From Glaucostegus cemiculus (lineage: Eukaryota), in the NCBI GenBank assembly GCA_976551045.1, contig CDPCPM010000281.1, positions 186,001-250,000 of the forward strand: DNA of 64,000 nt. The letters run 5' to 3'. The notes beneath the pieces are model-generated. The model ran no database searches and was not told where the DNA came from. It saw only the letters and a list, made by a program, of their open reading frames with translations. A program made the translations under genes and the position numbers. The stretch's first letter is position 1; each line of letters begins with the position of its first letter. Shown here piece after piece: positions 1-14,769 of the stretch.

Positions 1-335
1 ACAACAAGATGCTCTGCAATTACTTGCCGTAGGTTTTTTCCCACCAGAACTACCCAAGACTGACATCTGCTACCCTAGGAGCAAGGGCAATGGGTTCACG
101 GGAACACCACCGCTTGAAAATTTCACTCCTTGTCACACACCATCTCGACTTGGAAATGTGTTTCTGGTCTTTACCATTACCAGGTCTGATTCTGGCAACT
201 CCCTTCCCCTGCAGCACTTTGGAATATTTTCATTACACAGACTACATTGGTTTATGGAAGCACCTCACCATATGTTTCTTATAGACAATTATGGGTGCCA
301 GCAACACTCATATCTTATGGAACAGTTAAAATAAA
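1..335 (+). mobile_element. Decayed 3' end of an elasmobranch CR1-type LINE
   Basis: Resembles the recalled shark LINE 3' end (aagatgctctgca...gggaacaccacc...cacaccatctcgacttggaaat...ccagcaacactcatatc). Related copies at ~9800-10130 and the tail at ~28950-29000. Confidence 0.6.
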
Positions 336-415
336 GTTTATCTAAATGTTTTTGAATTATTTTTCATGTTTTTGTTTAATACTGTGACTGCATCAGTTGT
401 GCTTTTCTGTAATAG

Positions 416-565
<150 letters not shown>

Positions 566-1959
566 TGAAGGTATTGCTACAAACAGTGTGGGCAGATATT
601 TCAATACTGTTTCTGCATCAGTGAGGTTTGTTTCAGTGGAAAGCCATCACTGAAACAATATAACAAAAACATAATGAAGTAGTGATGTATAATACTACCT
701 CCGGTCATCCAACATTACTCAGCCTGTATTTTTGATTGTGAAATACCAAAATTTGTTCATCAGTTAGCGGACTGTGTGTTTCCAGTGTTGAGCTGTAGAA
801 CTTGTTTTACTAAGCTGGATGTATCAAGTGAAGATCCTAGTGACTAACTGATATTGGAAGATGCCAAGTTTTCACTGGCTGCCTCCAGTTCATGAATTGG
901 AATGTACCTATCCTTATTTGTTACCATTGAGCCAAAAGTTGGAAAACAAATCAAGTTCCACAGCTTAGACTGTGGAAACACAGTCTGCTTACTGATACTT
1001 TTTTTTTGGTACTTCACGTTTGTCCTCGTACTTGTTACTTAACTACTCTAGGGTTATAAAAATAACTTTGAAATACCACTTAGAAATGATAAATTTATTC
1101 CCAGTGCCGTGAATTGATAGACACTCTTTCCAGTTCTCCCCATAAAATGGATCATTAGCAATTGACAGAAAATCTTTCTGTAGATGCATGAAAAAGGAAT
1201 GGTGAAGTTCTCAAATAAATTGTAACTAGACTGCTTTGTGAAGTTCCAAACTTGTGAAAAGCTCTTAAAAATGCAAAGGACAAAAGAAAACCAAACAGCC
1301 CAAAACATCTTGAGAATGGGTGCTTCCTTATTATTTGCTGTATTTATCTTGTTTTCAAGCAGTTGTTTTTTCATATAATGTAACACATATTTAAAATGCT
1401 TATGATGTAAGGGGAGCGGGGGGAGAAAGGGATTTTCTCAGTCCATAACTTTACACAACCAACTTCCTGCTTACCAAACACACCCTTTCAGTTACATACG
1501 TCTACAAAGTAATCCAGTAAAATCATGAATTTTTAGACCAGTGTCAAAATCCACACCATTGCATCCTGAGTTTGCACTTCGTGCTCTTATGAAACAATCT
1601 GGATGAAAGAGAAAAAAAATACACACATTCAAGTACTGGGTAATTTAATACCCCTGAAGACAATAACTAAGTAAAATAAGTTAGTGTATTTGATCTTAGT
1701 GCATTGTTCATATAATTCCATTCATGTCAAATGGAATCTTACATGGGAAATTACTTTCCAAATAAAGTTTAGATGCTTTGCTTAGATCCATATAAATACC
1801 AAATATATTTCAATCATTACCACAGCCTGTAATAGCAAATATTAAATGAGACAGCCAAGGTGGGACTTAGTGTTATAAACTTACTGATTTTTTTTTAATA
1901 TCAGAGCCACCTGAGACTCTGACAATCAGTTACTCTTGATTTGTTACATTTGTCTATGC

Positions 1960-2270
1960 CAATCTTCAAGTACCCGTCCATACAAATCCCATTTACCAGC
2001 ACTTGGTCTATAGCCTTCTGTGCTTTGGTGATTGAAGTGCTCATTCTCAATACTCTCTAGGGCCCTACCATTCACGCTGTATGTCTTATCCTTTTTAGAC
2101 TTCCCAAAATGCACCACCTAGCACTTATAGGGATTAAATTCCATCTGCTATTGCTCCTTCCAATTTACCAGCTAATCAATATTGTTCTATAGTTTAAGAC
2201 TAACAGCTGTCATCTACACCACCAATTTTTATGTCACCTGTTAACTTGCTGATCATACCTCCAAGATAGC
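1960..2270 (-). mobile_element. CR1/HER1-like LINE fragments
   Basis: Antisense CR1-like motifs: aatcccatttaccagcacttggtctatagcc; cttcccaaaatgcaccacctagcactt; ccaccaatttttatgtcacctg. Confidence 0.6.
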
Positions 2271-2447
2271 TTGGAGGCATATCTTGCATACTGTATTGCC
2301 AAAGTACAGCCAGGTTTTGAACTCTGCTGGCATGTTCTTTGTCCATGTACCATTTTAATAAGTGATAATATTAAGCAATTTATATTTGCTTAAGCTTGCA
2401 TGCTAGTTATGAATGATATTTGAAGTTTTATTGACTTTGACTGCTAG

Positions 2448-2588
<141 letters not shown>

Positions 2589-2757
2589 TAAGAAACCTTT
2601 TTTCCTTGGGTCAAGAAGCACATGCAGTCATTTATTTTTAATGTTATTTATCATCAGAAGCAAATGCCAGATCATCAAAGGAAGTTATTTGTTTACATTA
2701 ATAAATCTTTTTAGTGTGTGTCATTATTCTGAATAATCAGTTATATAATTACATTTG

Positions 2758-3426
2758 AATCAGAATCCGTTTTATTGTCACAACCATATACATACATAGT
2801 ATGCATAGGAGCGAGATACCGTCCTCCTCAGGTGCTCGTCCCATTAAATAACAAACAACAGAGACACACACACACACTGAACAAAAAAAACATTAAAAAC
2901 TACGGAAGTTTAAATTAAATTAAACACGCAGGTTAAATTAGAAACAGCCGGTAAATAAATAGATAGTTATTAAAGTGATCGGGCTGGTGGCGGGCATTTA
3001 AAGTGCTGGTACATTTCTGTGCACCTAGCATCTCTTAGTGTTAACAAGGAAGATGGAGGGATGAGAGAGTTCGCAGTTCTGATGGCTTGCGGAAAGAAGC
3101 TATTTCTCAGCCTGGTCGTTCTTGCCCTGATACATTTGAGCCTCCTCCCAGATGGCAGAATTGTAAAGAGGTGATGCGAGGGGTGAGAAGGGTCAGCCAT
3201 TATGTTCTTGGTCTTCCTCACACAACGGTCCTTGTATATGTTTGCAAGGGATGGAAGAGAGACACCTGCGATCCTTTCCGCAGCCCTAACTATCCTTTGG
3301 AGGGACTTCCGCCCAGCAGCTGAGCAGCTTCCAAACCAAACAGTGATACATTGGGTTAAGATGCTCTCAATGGTCCCTCTATAGAAAGTTTTCATAACAC
3401 TATAGAAAGTTTCTATAGAAAGTTTT
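2758..3426 (-). mobile_element. Young 5'-truncated Rex1/Babar-like LINE
   Basis: Stop-free ORF 2970..3395 (FYRGTIESILTQCITVWFGSC...HPSHHLFTILPSGRR...RLRNSFFPQA), the C-terminus of Rex1-type RT. On the minus strand AATAAA is followed by a GATTCTGATT tail. Candidate TSD CATTTG at 2752-2757 and 3427-3432. Confidence 0.85.
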
Positions 3427-3717
3427 CATTTGCAACAACAAAAGCAATCCCATTTCTTTGGCAACCTCGTACTTCCCTTGGCAACTCTTAATATCGAATA
3501 TATAGTTTCAAAAAGTATTCTGCTTTTTCCATTTCGTCAATTTGATTTTAGGTAAATTAAGTTAAATGTTTAAAAACATGTTAGGTGGCAGTTACCACTT
3601 TGTCATTTACCAGTTATACATCTTTTGTTTGAGAATAGTTAAGATATAAATAAGATGATTTTGCTAATTCATATTTACAGATGTGGATGGCTATTTTGAG
3701 TATCAGCATATATTGAA

Positions 3718-4045
3718 TGGTACAGCTGGTAGAGCTGCTGCCTCACAGCTCCAGTGACCCAAGTTCAATCCTGACCTCTGGTGCTGTATGCGTGAAGTTT
3801 GCACGTTCTCCCTGTGACTGTGTGGATTCCTTCTGGGTCCTCTGGTTTCTTCCCATGTCTCAAAGACATGATGGTTAATTGGCTGCTGTAAATTACCCTT
3901 AATGTGTAGGTGAGTGGTAGAATCTGGGAGTTGATGGGAATATGGGGAGAATAATATTACATTAGTATAGGATTAGTTTAAATGGGTTATTAGCAGCTGG
4001 CATGGACTCAGTGGGCTGAAGAGCCTGTTTCTACTGAATGATTCT
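3718..4045 (+). mobile_element. HE1/V-SINE-like tRNA-derived SINE
   Basis: tRNA-like head (ggtacagctggtagagctg...gttcaatcc), V-domain-like core (gtttgcacgttctccctgtgactg...caaagacatg) and a HER1/CR1-like tail (catggactcagtgggctgaagagcctgtttct). Confidence 0.8.
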
Positions 4046-4136
4046 GAGCGCATTGTGTGGTCTTTTTTAAATCCTCTTGTAACTTGTTCTGTGTTTTAAT
4101 TATTAACTAAGTAACCTGCATACAAACATTAAACTA

Positions 4137-4257
4137 CAAGGGAGTTAAGAGGTATGGAGAAGGAGCAGGTCAATGATGTTTAGCCCAAGATTGGATGTGC
4201 CACGGTGGAGCAGGCTCAAGGGTCCTATTGGTCTGTTCCTGCTTCTTGTGTTCTTAT
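4137..4257 (+). mobile_element. CR1-like 3' tail fragment
   Basis: ggtggagcaggctcaagggtcctattggtctgttcctgcttcttgtgttcttat, a typical CR1 3' terminus. Confidence 0.55.
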
Positions 4258-5116
4258 AGAATCACACTGAATGTTGTGTCCCAGATTTGATTCTCAGTTA
4301 TTCTTGACCTAAATGTCTTTGCTCCAGTCAGGATTTTTACATTGCTTTCATTTCTCTGATCTAAGTGAGTGATCATATTTTCAACACATTGCATTCCTGT
4401 TCCTTTTCCAGCATCTGTTAGAAAATCTACATAAAGAATTAGGATATGTAGTGGATAGTTTGTGTAGGGTAATGATTCTTTTTCATGTAGTTTCACATTT
4501 GGCCAAAATCAAATAAGTTTCTTGCATATGAAGGATGGGTACATGGTGGAAGTACAGCTTGTTAGATAAATGCAGAGCTGTACTCACAGCAGAGGCTAAA
4601 CGATAGATACTGAGGTGGCTTTTAAGTGGAAAATATTTCAGAAATCATAGAAGATGTCTGTTTGCAGCAGAATTCTTATAGAACGAAGACCTGACCAAGG
4701 CCACAAGAAATTGAGAATGTTGGACTAATCATTTCCTAAATTGTATTAGATTGCCTGAGTTGCTGATGAATAGAATTGATTGAATGTAACATAAAGTAAA
4801 AGCAAACCATTATAATTAAGATTTAACAAAGCTTATGTTTTAAAATTTCAAACCCAAATCAATTTGTGGAATTGAGTGTTATATATTCAAGTTTTACTTT
4901 TATTTTAATTGGTTTATATAAAAATAACCTAAATTTTCGAAAGCCAGTGTTTCAGATAGGGTCTTGTGAGGCTGAAAAGAGTTTCAGTTCTCTTTGACAC
5001 TTTTTACAACGACCTTTTCATGTCGCCACTAATTTTTGGAGGTATTTTCCTATTTCTAATGTAAAATAAAATTGACATAGTTCAATAAAGTTGCATAATG
5101 ACTACTTCTTGATTGA

Positions 5117-5266
<150 letters not shown>

Positions 5267-5411
5267 TGATGCTATAATCTTTCATAGTAAAATGTAATAA
5301 AATATGTTTGATCACTTTTATTTTAATGCATTTAAAAATACTGCAATTATACTCTGAATGAAACCTTAAATAACACACTGAAAATTACCATTTCATTGTT
5401 ATCTGTTCTGA

Positions 5412-5534
<123 letters not shown>

Positions 5535-8500
5535 TAAGTATATATTTGAAGTCCTGAGATTTGTATAGAAACAGATGTTTCTAAATTATAAGTAACTGCC
5601 AGTTTAAGAAATGCTTGTCAGTGCATAAAGGTTTGTATATAATCCTGAGTGTTTAAACAGATTATCCTAAAATGTACAGCAAAAGCTTAAAATAGGGGTT
5701 GTATATTTTTCAATATGTTCAATGTTGAGAAGTTGGTTTTATAGTAATAAGATTACCATCTTTGAACATCACTGTGTCACTTAAGATTTATTTAAAATTA
5801 AATTGATCGTGTCTGCTGACAGCAATTTAATAGACATTAAAGCCTCAAATGTATTGCAGTAATCCATATTGATATCCAAAGTAAATATTAATATGGAATA
5901 AATATAAAGTATTCATACGTGTATTTGGTTTCTTTTGGTGACCTGTAAGAGAAAATCCTGTAATAGCTTGTTTGATTGTAATTTTATATGCTGATGGTCC
6001 TTCATATTGTGTGGCTGCAGTAACTTAAAATTATGTTTAATATTAGTTTGTGTACTTTGCTGTATTATAATCAAGACTACACAGATGTAGAATATAGTGT
6101 TTCAAATTTAAATCCCTCTCCTAAATAGTTCATGCAGCTTGCATTGTGTACTTTCTGAGTCTTGCATATTTACCTTGCAGATAAAAAAAAAGTCTTGCTT
6201 CCAGCATAGTCTTCCCAGTCCAGGAATTTTATCTCATTATAGTTTTTATAAGGGGAAGTGAAGCTAGCTGTCAACCTGAAGCCTAAATCTTTAAGTAGCC
6301 CAGCTGCCCTTCAACTGAACTCAGTAGTTTATAAGTAGGTTACAGATACCTGGATTTATCTAATTAGAACAGCTTTAAATGAACTAAGCAACTTAATATC
6401 TGAACAGTAGAACTATGCATCAGACCCTGCAACACCCAAAAATGATAGGATGGGAGATCAACTAATGCTATAGTATTTCTTGGATCAAATTTTAATACCC
6501 AAATCACATTGCAATTTCAATTATTTTTTTGAGCTGTTAATCTCAGTCAATTAGAAATTATCATCTTTGATATTTTGTTCTGAAACAGTTTTAAGTAAAA
6601 TTACTTTGTACTTGAACCACTTTTTTTTCCAGAGTGACATCTCATTAAAAAGTGTATTTTTAAAAATTGATGCCTTTTCTAGGAACAGCAACAGAATTGA
6701 AAGAATGATCATAAGTGGCTGAATAATAATGATTTAGAATTATATAATATATTAAAATGCATTCCTTGTATAAGTAAGGATAAATATTTTCGTTTCCAGA
6801 AAGCCAGATTGTATTTTTAAAAAATGCTATATAGTATTTGTAATTTCAACTATGTTTATAACTTGCCTGCATATTAACTGATTTCTTCACAATCATCTGA
6901 TGTTGGTGTGCTGTTGTTTCTAAACAGACTAATTCTGCATCTATTTAGTAATCTGTCTCTCCAGCTTTAATATTGGATAATGGCAGCAGCCATAATGAGT
7001 GTTTAAATACATTTTAACGTGTGTTATATTGAATGAAACCAGTATCTTCAATTGAATCAACCTTGATATACTAATTAATACGTTTATTCTATGGGAGATT
7101 TCAAACTAATGTTTTCATTCGGTTTAGACTCCATCAGTTAATCTGAGTAATTCCCAGTAATTCTTCACTCTTAATCTTCTTTACACCAAGTTTCTTAGTG
7201 GTTTTGCATTAATATATGTTCATACTTTTACATGTTACCTTCAGAAATTCAAACTTACTGTGACTTCTGTTTTAAATATTCTTGCTGACATAGTTCCTAG
7301 GTTGGAAAATTATTCCTTTCTTTATTTCTGGACCAGAGATGATAGAAGAATATGTTAGAGAACCACATTCAATTTATAGATAAGAAAGAAAACTAGAGCC
7401 AAGTAGTTACCCATGATAAATGGGTAAAATATAACGGAAGTTATGTCTATCTGTATCCATTTCTGTTGCATCATATTTGATTTACCAGAAACAAATTAGC
7501 ACAATAGCTGGGGCACTCAGTTGAGTCTTATTAAATCTTGTAGATTATCCTTGTTGGCATGAATTTCAGGAAAAATCTGGATTGCTACAGTAGTAGTGAA
7601 ATGAAAATATTGTGTGCTTAATTATTTTAATTATCTGCAATTCATTAAAATAGGCCATACACATTTGTTTCTTTAAGACACTTATTAAACTATTAATGTG
7701 CAGTAAATGTCAACTGTGAGGAATTATATGTGTAATATTATGTTGATGTAATAACAAACAGAAGTGATTACATCTGTATACAGTTGAGGGAGTATTTAAA
7801 CAATTTTTTTATACTATATCCTGACAAAATATTGCAAAATTCTGGCTGTATGAACAAGCTTTAAAAGTGTAAAAGGTTGAAGTAACCGGTTTCATGGAGT
7901 TAATGGGGCCACTAGGAAGTGGAATGTATAAGAAGTCGATCACCAAATAATGCGGTAATATTGTAAAGGTGGAGAATATTGTAGGGATTAGTTGGTTAAA
8001 GCTAATGAAGAGCTATGAAAATGAGAGAAAGTACTTCAAATTCACTGTATTTTTAGGGTAGTGGGATAGGTGTGCTGGAATCAGTTGAGGCTACCAAGGG
8101 AGAAGCCAACTCAAAAAGGAAGCGTGAAAATGTCATAGCATTTGATATGAAACCAAAAGTTTTAAATGTTGCAGCCTTCAAGAGTGGTAGTTGAAATTAG
8201 TTTGGATAATTCAGTTACAAGTTACTCCTGCACTTTTATTATGGTTAAAATTACCTCAGCCATTGTTTACCGTGGCAAGTACATGTATCGTGGGAAGAAT
8301 TGCCAAACAAAACCCACAGGATACATCTTCAGCTACCCTGAGTTTGAAATTAACCCACCCTGTCATTGCACTGTATCTTCCACCATGGTCATGGTACAGT
8401 CGTCTTCTATTGGGAGTCTGCTTGCTGACACATTGGAGTACTGGAGTGCTCAGGACCAGTCATCTCATTTGAAAATACTTGGTAACTATTAAAACAAATC

Positions 8501-8868
8501 AAAATATTTCTGCAAAATATATAATTATTAAAATAAAGCACAAAAAGAGGCACAAAAACAATTTAGACTATTTAAACTAATTTAATGACTTAACCTTTCT
8601 CCTACTGGATTTCTCCTATTCATTTTAATGTGAATGCTCTACAAACCTTGATGTGCAGATTTCCCATCCTGAGAGCTTGCAAATTGATACTACCCTGTTG
8701 AACTTTGCTGAGTCCTCTATGCTTACACACGCCAAAAGCTTAACAACACCAGCCACTTAAATAATATGACAGGTCAGATCTTGGGCACTCTTGGTCCAAC
8801 TCAACAGAGTATCTTGACCATGTACTGATCATATCAGATAATGAAATAGACTTTCCATGAGCCTGGAT

Positions 8869-9789
8869 TCAAGATTGCTTTATTGTCATTGAGCCGTTGA
8901 GACAACAGAACAACGAGATTTCATTGGCACTGCCATGTCAGACAATAGGCACAGTACTTAATTTATTCTCTATTTATTTAATATTTAAGTTAGAGTTTAC
9001 ACTGTAGGGTTTACTTGATGCATTAGAGGGAGAGAGAGAAGAAGCGAGAAAGAACTAGTGCAATCTGTGAAATTTAAAGTCCTTGTTTAAGATTTTCACG
9101 GTGTTGGGGAAGAAGCTATTCCTCAATCTGGCCGTGGATATGTGGAATGTCCTGAAGCGTTTCTTTGAGGGGAGCAGACTGAAGAGGTGATGGGCCAGGT
9201 GGGTAGAGTCCTTAATAATGTTTGTAGCCTTGTTCAGACACCGGGACTCATAAATGTCCGCCAATGCGGGTAGGTGCATTATTCTTGATGATCTTCTGTG
9301 CCGTGTCAATCACCCGCTGTAGGCCTTTCCTCCCTTTGTTGGTACAGCTGGCATACCAGGCAGTGATGCTGTATGTCAGGATGCTCTCTATCGCACACCT
9401 ATAGAAGTTGACCAGGAGACCTGTTGACAAGTTTGCACTCTTCAGCTGCCGTAGGAAGTACAGACGCTGTTGCGCCTTCCTGATGCTTACTGTAGAGTGA
9501 GCTCCCCAGGAGAGGTCTTCAGTGATGTGAGTCCCCAGGAATTTGAAGCTTGTAACTCTCTCTACTGCCTCGCCATCAATGAGCACTGGGTCAAGTTCTG
9601 TTCTGCTCATCCTCCTGAAGTCTACCACAATCTCCTTGGTTTTCTTAGTGTTTAGGATAAGATTGTTGGTAGAACACCAGGCTGTTAGGTTGTCCACCTC
9701 ATCCCTGTACGCAGACTCATCACTGTCGGAGATTAAGCCGATGACTGTTGTGTCATCTGCGAATTTAATTATGGTATTTGTACCATGTT
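8869..9789 (-). mobile_element. 5'-truncated Rex1/Babar-like LINE (RT C-terminal part, frameshifted)
   Basis: Minus strand reads IIKFADDTTVIGLI near 9730-9775. Overlapping ORFs 9248..9697 and 9055..9309 carry RT C-terminal motifs. AATAAA is followed by a GCAATCTTGAATC tail. TSD TGGAT at 8864-8868 and 9790-9794. Confidence 0.88.
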
Positions 9790-9794
9790 TGGAT

Positions 9795-10130
9795 GGAAGC
9801 AGCTACAGTAAATCTCAGAAAATTGAACATTGTCCAGGACTCCTTCCATCACCGTTCATTCTGAAATAGTGCAAAGTAGCGGCTTTGTGTGCTGTCCACA
9901 GAATGCACTGCAGTAATTTACCAAGCCTTGTTCATTCAAGTCTGTGATCTGCCCCAAATAAAAAAATGATCAGCAAGCAAGTAAATATGCTATTTTCTCC
10001 AAGGTTCCCCTCCAAGACAGGCCTTTGTATTTGGGGTTCAAATCCTGTACCTCTTCACCTAATAGCAAGGCGGGAGTCACTTCACTTTGCAGACTGCAGC
10101 TGGTGAAGAAGATGGCTTAGTATTCATAGA
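9795..10130 (+). mobile_element. Older CR1-type LINE 3' fragment, interrupted by the Rex1-like element; its left part lies just before 8868
   Basis: Joining gagcctggat to ggaagcagctacagta...gtccaggac...cagaatgcactgcagtaatttaccaag restores the family seen at 1-335. Confidence 0.6.
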
Positions 10131-10451
10131 TTCCAGTTAAATTTTGTATTCTTTCATTGTGTAATAATTGGCAAACAATGAAAACTTGTGTATTCAATGA
10201 ATTAGCAGACCCATCAAGTGCAACAGTTTTTATTTGCCTCAAGGTTAATTGTAGTGTAGCACCATAATTGACTGAAAACTAGTTGGACACTATAAAATAG
10301 CCTGTACTCCATTTGTATCTTGTGCTAAGTATGAATTATTTTCAGTTAGCAATATTATTTTTTTATTAATAATCTTTTAACAAGCCATGCTAATTTTCAT
10401 TGCCAATTTCAGATTACAGTAATATGGGTTAACTCTATTATGAAACTATAG

Positions 10452-10748
<297 letters not shown>

Positions 10749-13374
10749 TAATTTTATGCATAAGTTATGTGAACACATTACATTATGATGCCTTGTCTTA
10801 TTCCTCTGCAGTGTGGTACCCTATCTGTGCTAGGGTAGTATAACAGTAAAATCACCTTCTATCATCTGGTTTCCTCTGGAGATATTTCTTGGTACTTTAT
10901 TGAACATTATTAACAACATTTGTATTTATTATAACATTTATGATGTGTTTACAGATTGTGTTGCACTTGTACTGCATTAGCAATGCCTTTTCCTAAAGTG
11001 GCAGTATAATATGACCCCAAAACACAATGTCATAGGCACACTGGGCAAAGTTGCCTTGAACATATTCCACAGAGAGCAGACTTGAAGCATCTTGTGTTCA
11101 TACTAAATTTAATGTTGTGTTTACCTAAAGAGCATGGACAATCTTAACTGTGCTCTTCCATTACTTAAAATGAAATGGCTGATTAGGAGAGTAAATGTTC
11201 AGGATAATAAAGCTTGCATAGAAATCTCCCGGGGGTGGGAGAATTATAATGGGGGTGCAGATGATATAAACAAAATAAGTTAATTGGAACCCATGCAATA
11301 ATTACTAAAACTTCAATGTATGTATAGCTACTTTCAGTATAAAATAATCCCTTTCAATGTAATGTAAAGAACTAAATTCCTAAATCAGTGTAATGTAAAG
11401 AACTAGATTAAAATTGTACCTGTTGGAGAACCTTAATGTTGTTGAATTCACCAGGTATTTTTAGAAATAAGTAGCAAGTTTAGTAGCCCCTTTGGGTAAG
11501 TTCTAGGTTATAGACTATTGCATTCTCAATTAAGGTCACAAAATATTGCTACGGTATTTAATTGTGATTACCAAATGGTTTCACTTTCTATCAGCCCATA
11601 TGGATAACCAGGATTTCCTATGCTCTACTAGTGGTTTATGCATATTTTGCATCCTCAACATTTGTAACAGAAGTTTTTAAATTTTCTGCCACCATCATGT
11701 GTTCATTGAGCAATTATTCTTAAATGTTTTGTATTACACATTCCCAGTGCTTATTTAGTTGCACATTTTGTGAGAGGGAAAATAGGTTAAAGTGCAATGA
11801 AGACAAGTTTTACAGTGGGAATACTAAAAATGACCAGAATTAAAATGAAAGATTTGTGCTAAAATCCAGAATAAATGTGACACTACTGAGAATGAGAGGT
11901 CATCATAATAAATTTCTCTCAAAGTAAATGGATTTAGACTTCTTTGAGCTACATATATCAAACAACTGAATAAAAAACTGAATAAAATGAAAAATACAAC
12001 AAGTTTACTGATATATTGTTATAAGTTTGAATTGCAGCTGATTATTTGTTAGTGAGGTACTGTGTTGGAAAAATGTCTTTTATAATGGTGAAAGCGGCGT
12101 GAGCCTTGGCTGAATTAGATTCATTAAGGGTATTAATAATTTCTCACTTTACATTTTAATGTAATGTTAACAGATGAATTCTAGCTTTCAATTCCTCATC
12201 TCATTGAATTTTTATTGACCTTCAAAACATTAGCTGCTTGCACTTCATTCTGTTCAAGGTTAACAACTAGAATTAACACAAGGTTCTATGTTTTGTTTGT
12301 TGTAGTTTGAATAAATTAATTTAATCTCAAAATTAAAGTTTGAAATTTGTCCAGGGAATGATTTTTCTCACTGGGTGCCTCACTAGGAACAGCCATGACC
12401 AAAGTCTTGTTTGAAGTAAACATTAATTGTGCTTGTTCATGGTAACCAGGACTGGCTCCACTCTGTGGAAATCTGTTGATGGACTCTGTTGTGATCAGCT
12501 GCCATTTGGGCAGGTCTTCTGAAAAACTTCCTGCTCCGCCCCTTATGGACATTGCTGGAAACACTGTTTGACCATGACCTTGTTGTTAATGATGTACAGT
12601 TTAAGAAAAACTTGAGTATCTGTTGCAAACCACATTAATTAAGTTTTCCATTTTTATTGATGTGGTCATTGGATGTACCACTGAGCTGTGAAACAGAACA
12701 GGGAGAGTATATACTCAGAAGTTAATCTTTGTTGTCTCTCTGATGCCAAGTGTCAGATGTACATGTCCAGCTGTTTCATGCCATGTAATTTGGAGCCAAA
12801 AGTAGTGCTCCTTATTGTGATGAATTAAATTGATGCTAGAGAAGCGTATTCTTGGCTCCAAGTTCTTCCTTTTAGTAAATGAACTTGGTATTTACAAATT
12901 CCTTGGTTCAGAATCTAATTGGTGGGAAATAAGAGATACTTTCCATCACAAACTGTATATATACATGAGATTAAGTACCAGTTCAGTCACATTAATAAAA
13001 GAAAGTAAAATCAATTTTTATAACTGGCTGTGAAAAAAGCAATTTAGAACACAGACGGTGGGAACCATGTTCTTAAGTGAGATTCTCAGAGGATGGAGAT
13101 GTTATTGCGCATGTTTTAGCCTGCCAACAAATGAGAGTTTAGAAGAACATACAGTTGTTCCTGTCAAAACAGGAAAACTGATGTGAAAGGGAGCTGAATT
13201 TAGCATGATTCTGAAAATTAGACCAATTCTAGTATGAAATTATAATAGAACTCTATTGGGAGGTGGACCACCAGTTGATGGACATGTACATTTTCCCAGT
13301 TTTCATTCTGAAATCATTGAATGAGTTCATTCATTGTTTTTTCATGTTTTGCTTTAAATACAGGTTTCACATAA

Positions 13375-13665
<291 letters not shown>

Positions 13666-13985
13666 TAAGGTCATTCATGTAGGTAAACTTTTACACCTTA
13701 CAGAAATTGTAATTAATTTTTACTAATTTAACTGAAAATTTTGACTGTAGCCTATTTATTTTTACTCTACTAGTGTTACAAGGCAGTTTGAAGCATTAAC
13801 CTGAATTTTAGGTTGTGAAATTGTCGTTTTTGGATTTGGTATGCAGGTTCATATTGAAAAATAAACATCACAAGTACCTAGTAAATGTTGACAGATGCCG
13901 TTTACTTAGTCTTAATTAATCTGTCTTTTTCATAAGAAAAGGACAAAATGGCTTTGTCCTAACAGTCGTGTGTTTTATTTGAAAG

Positions 13986-14192
13986 GAACCTGAGCACAGT
14001 GTTGGTAGAACGGGCACTGTTAACAGCGTGGGCAGTAATCAATCTATACCAAGCATGTCTATCAGTGCTAGTAGCCAAAGCAGCAGCGTCAATAGTCTTC
14101 CAGACGCCTCTGATGATAATAGTGAGATTGCCATGATGCAGGAGGGAGATCATACGGTGATGTCGAACAGCTCTGTTATCCACCTAAAGCCA
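13986..14192 (+). CDS. TAOK1: TAOK1 Ser-rich linker exon [34 protein letters not shown]...VIHLKP
   Basis: ttgaaag|GAA...CCA|gtaagt; 207 nt. Confidence 0.96.
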
Positions 14193-14439
14193 GTAAGTTT
14201 CCTGTGCCCTTTCATGTATGTTTGCAATATAGGATTTGTTTTTGGTTCAGTGGAAGCATAGAGTTCTTGAATTTTGTTGAAATATGCAAGTTCGTATATT
14301 CTTGCAACTGTTTAATATATTGAAAACATTTTTAAAGACCAGTCTATTTAATTTAAAAAATTACCAGCTTCCATAAACCACCTTTTATGGCCAAGCCATT
14401 TGTTCTGTTATGCAATCTCAGAAGAACATAATAATCATC

Positions 14440-14710
14440 AAGCATCCATCTACACTAATCCAATTTTTCCTCTCACATCCCCACTGAATATTCTCCTGTC
14501 ACACTTCTACACTAAGGGCAATTTTATAATAGTTAATCTAACAATAATCTAACAACCAGCACATCGTTGGCGTGAGGGAGGAAATCAGAGCACCCGGAGA
14601 AACCCAAGCAGTCACAGGAAGGATGTGCAAACTCCACACTGATAGCGCCCAAGATTAGTATTAAGTCCAGGTCCTTGGAAATGTGAGACAACAGCATCAC
14701 TGTGCCATTG
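14440..14710 (-). mobile_element. HE1/V-SINE-like SINE
   Basis: Reverse complement of the 3718-4045 element: gaggaaatcagagcacccggagaaacccaagcagtcacaggaaggatgtgcaaactccacac. Confidence 0.75.
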
Positions 14711-14769
14711 GAGCTATGTTCATTCAAACAAATGAAACTTATTCCACTACGCTCCTAATTTGATCTTTA

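Noticed and set aside
3718-3790. tRNA-like A/B boxes
   Set aside because: This is the head of a SINE, not a tRNA gene; it continues into V-domain and LINE-tail sequence.
11354-11409. 31-bp-period tandem duplication (tcaatgtaatgtaaagaactaaatt / tcagtgtaatgtaaagaactagatt)
   Set aside because: Only two copies; an ordinary local slippage duplication.
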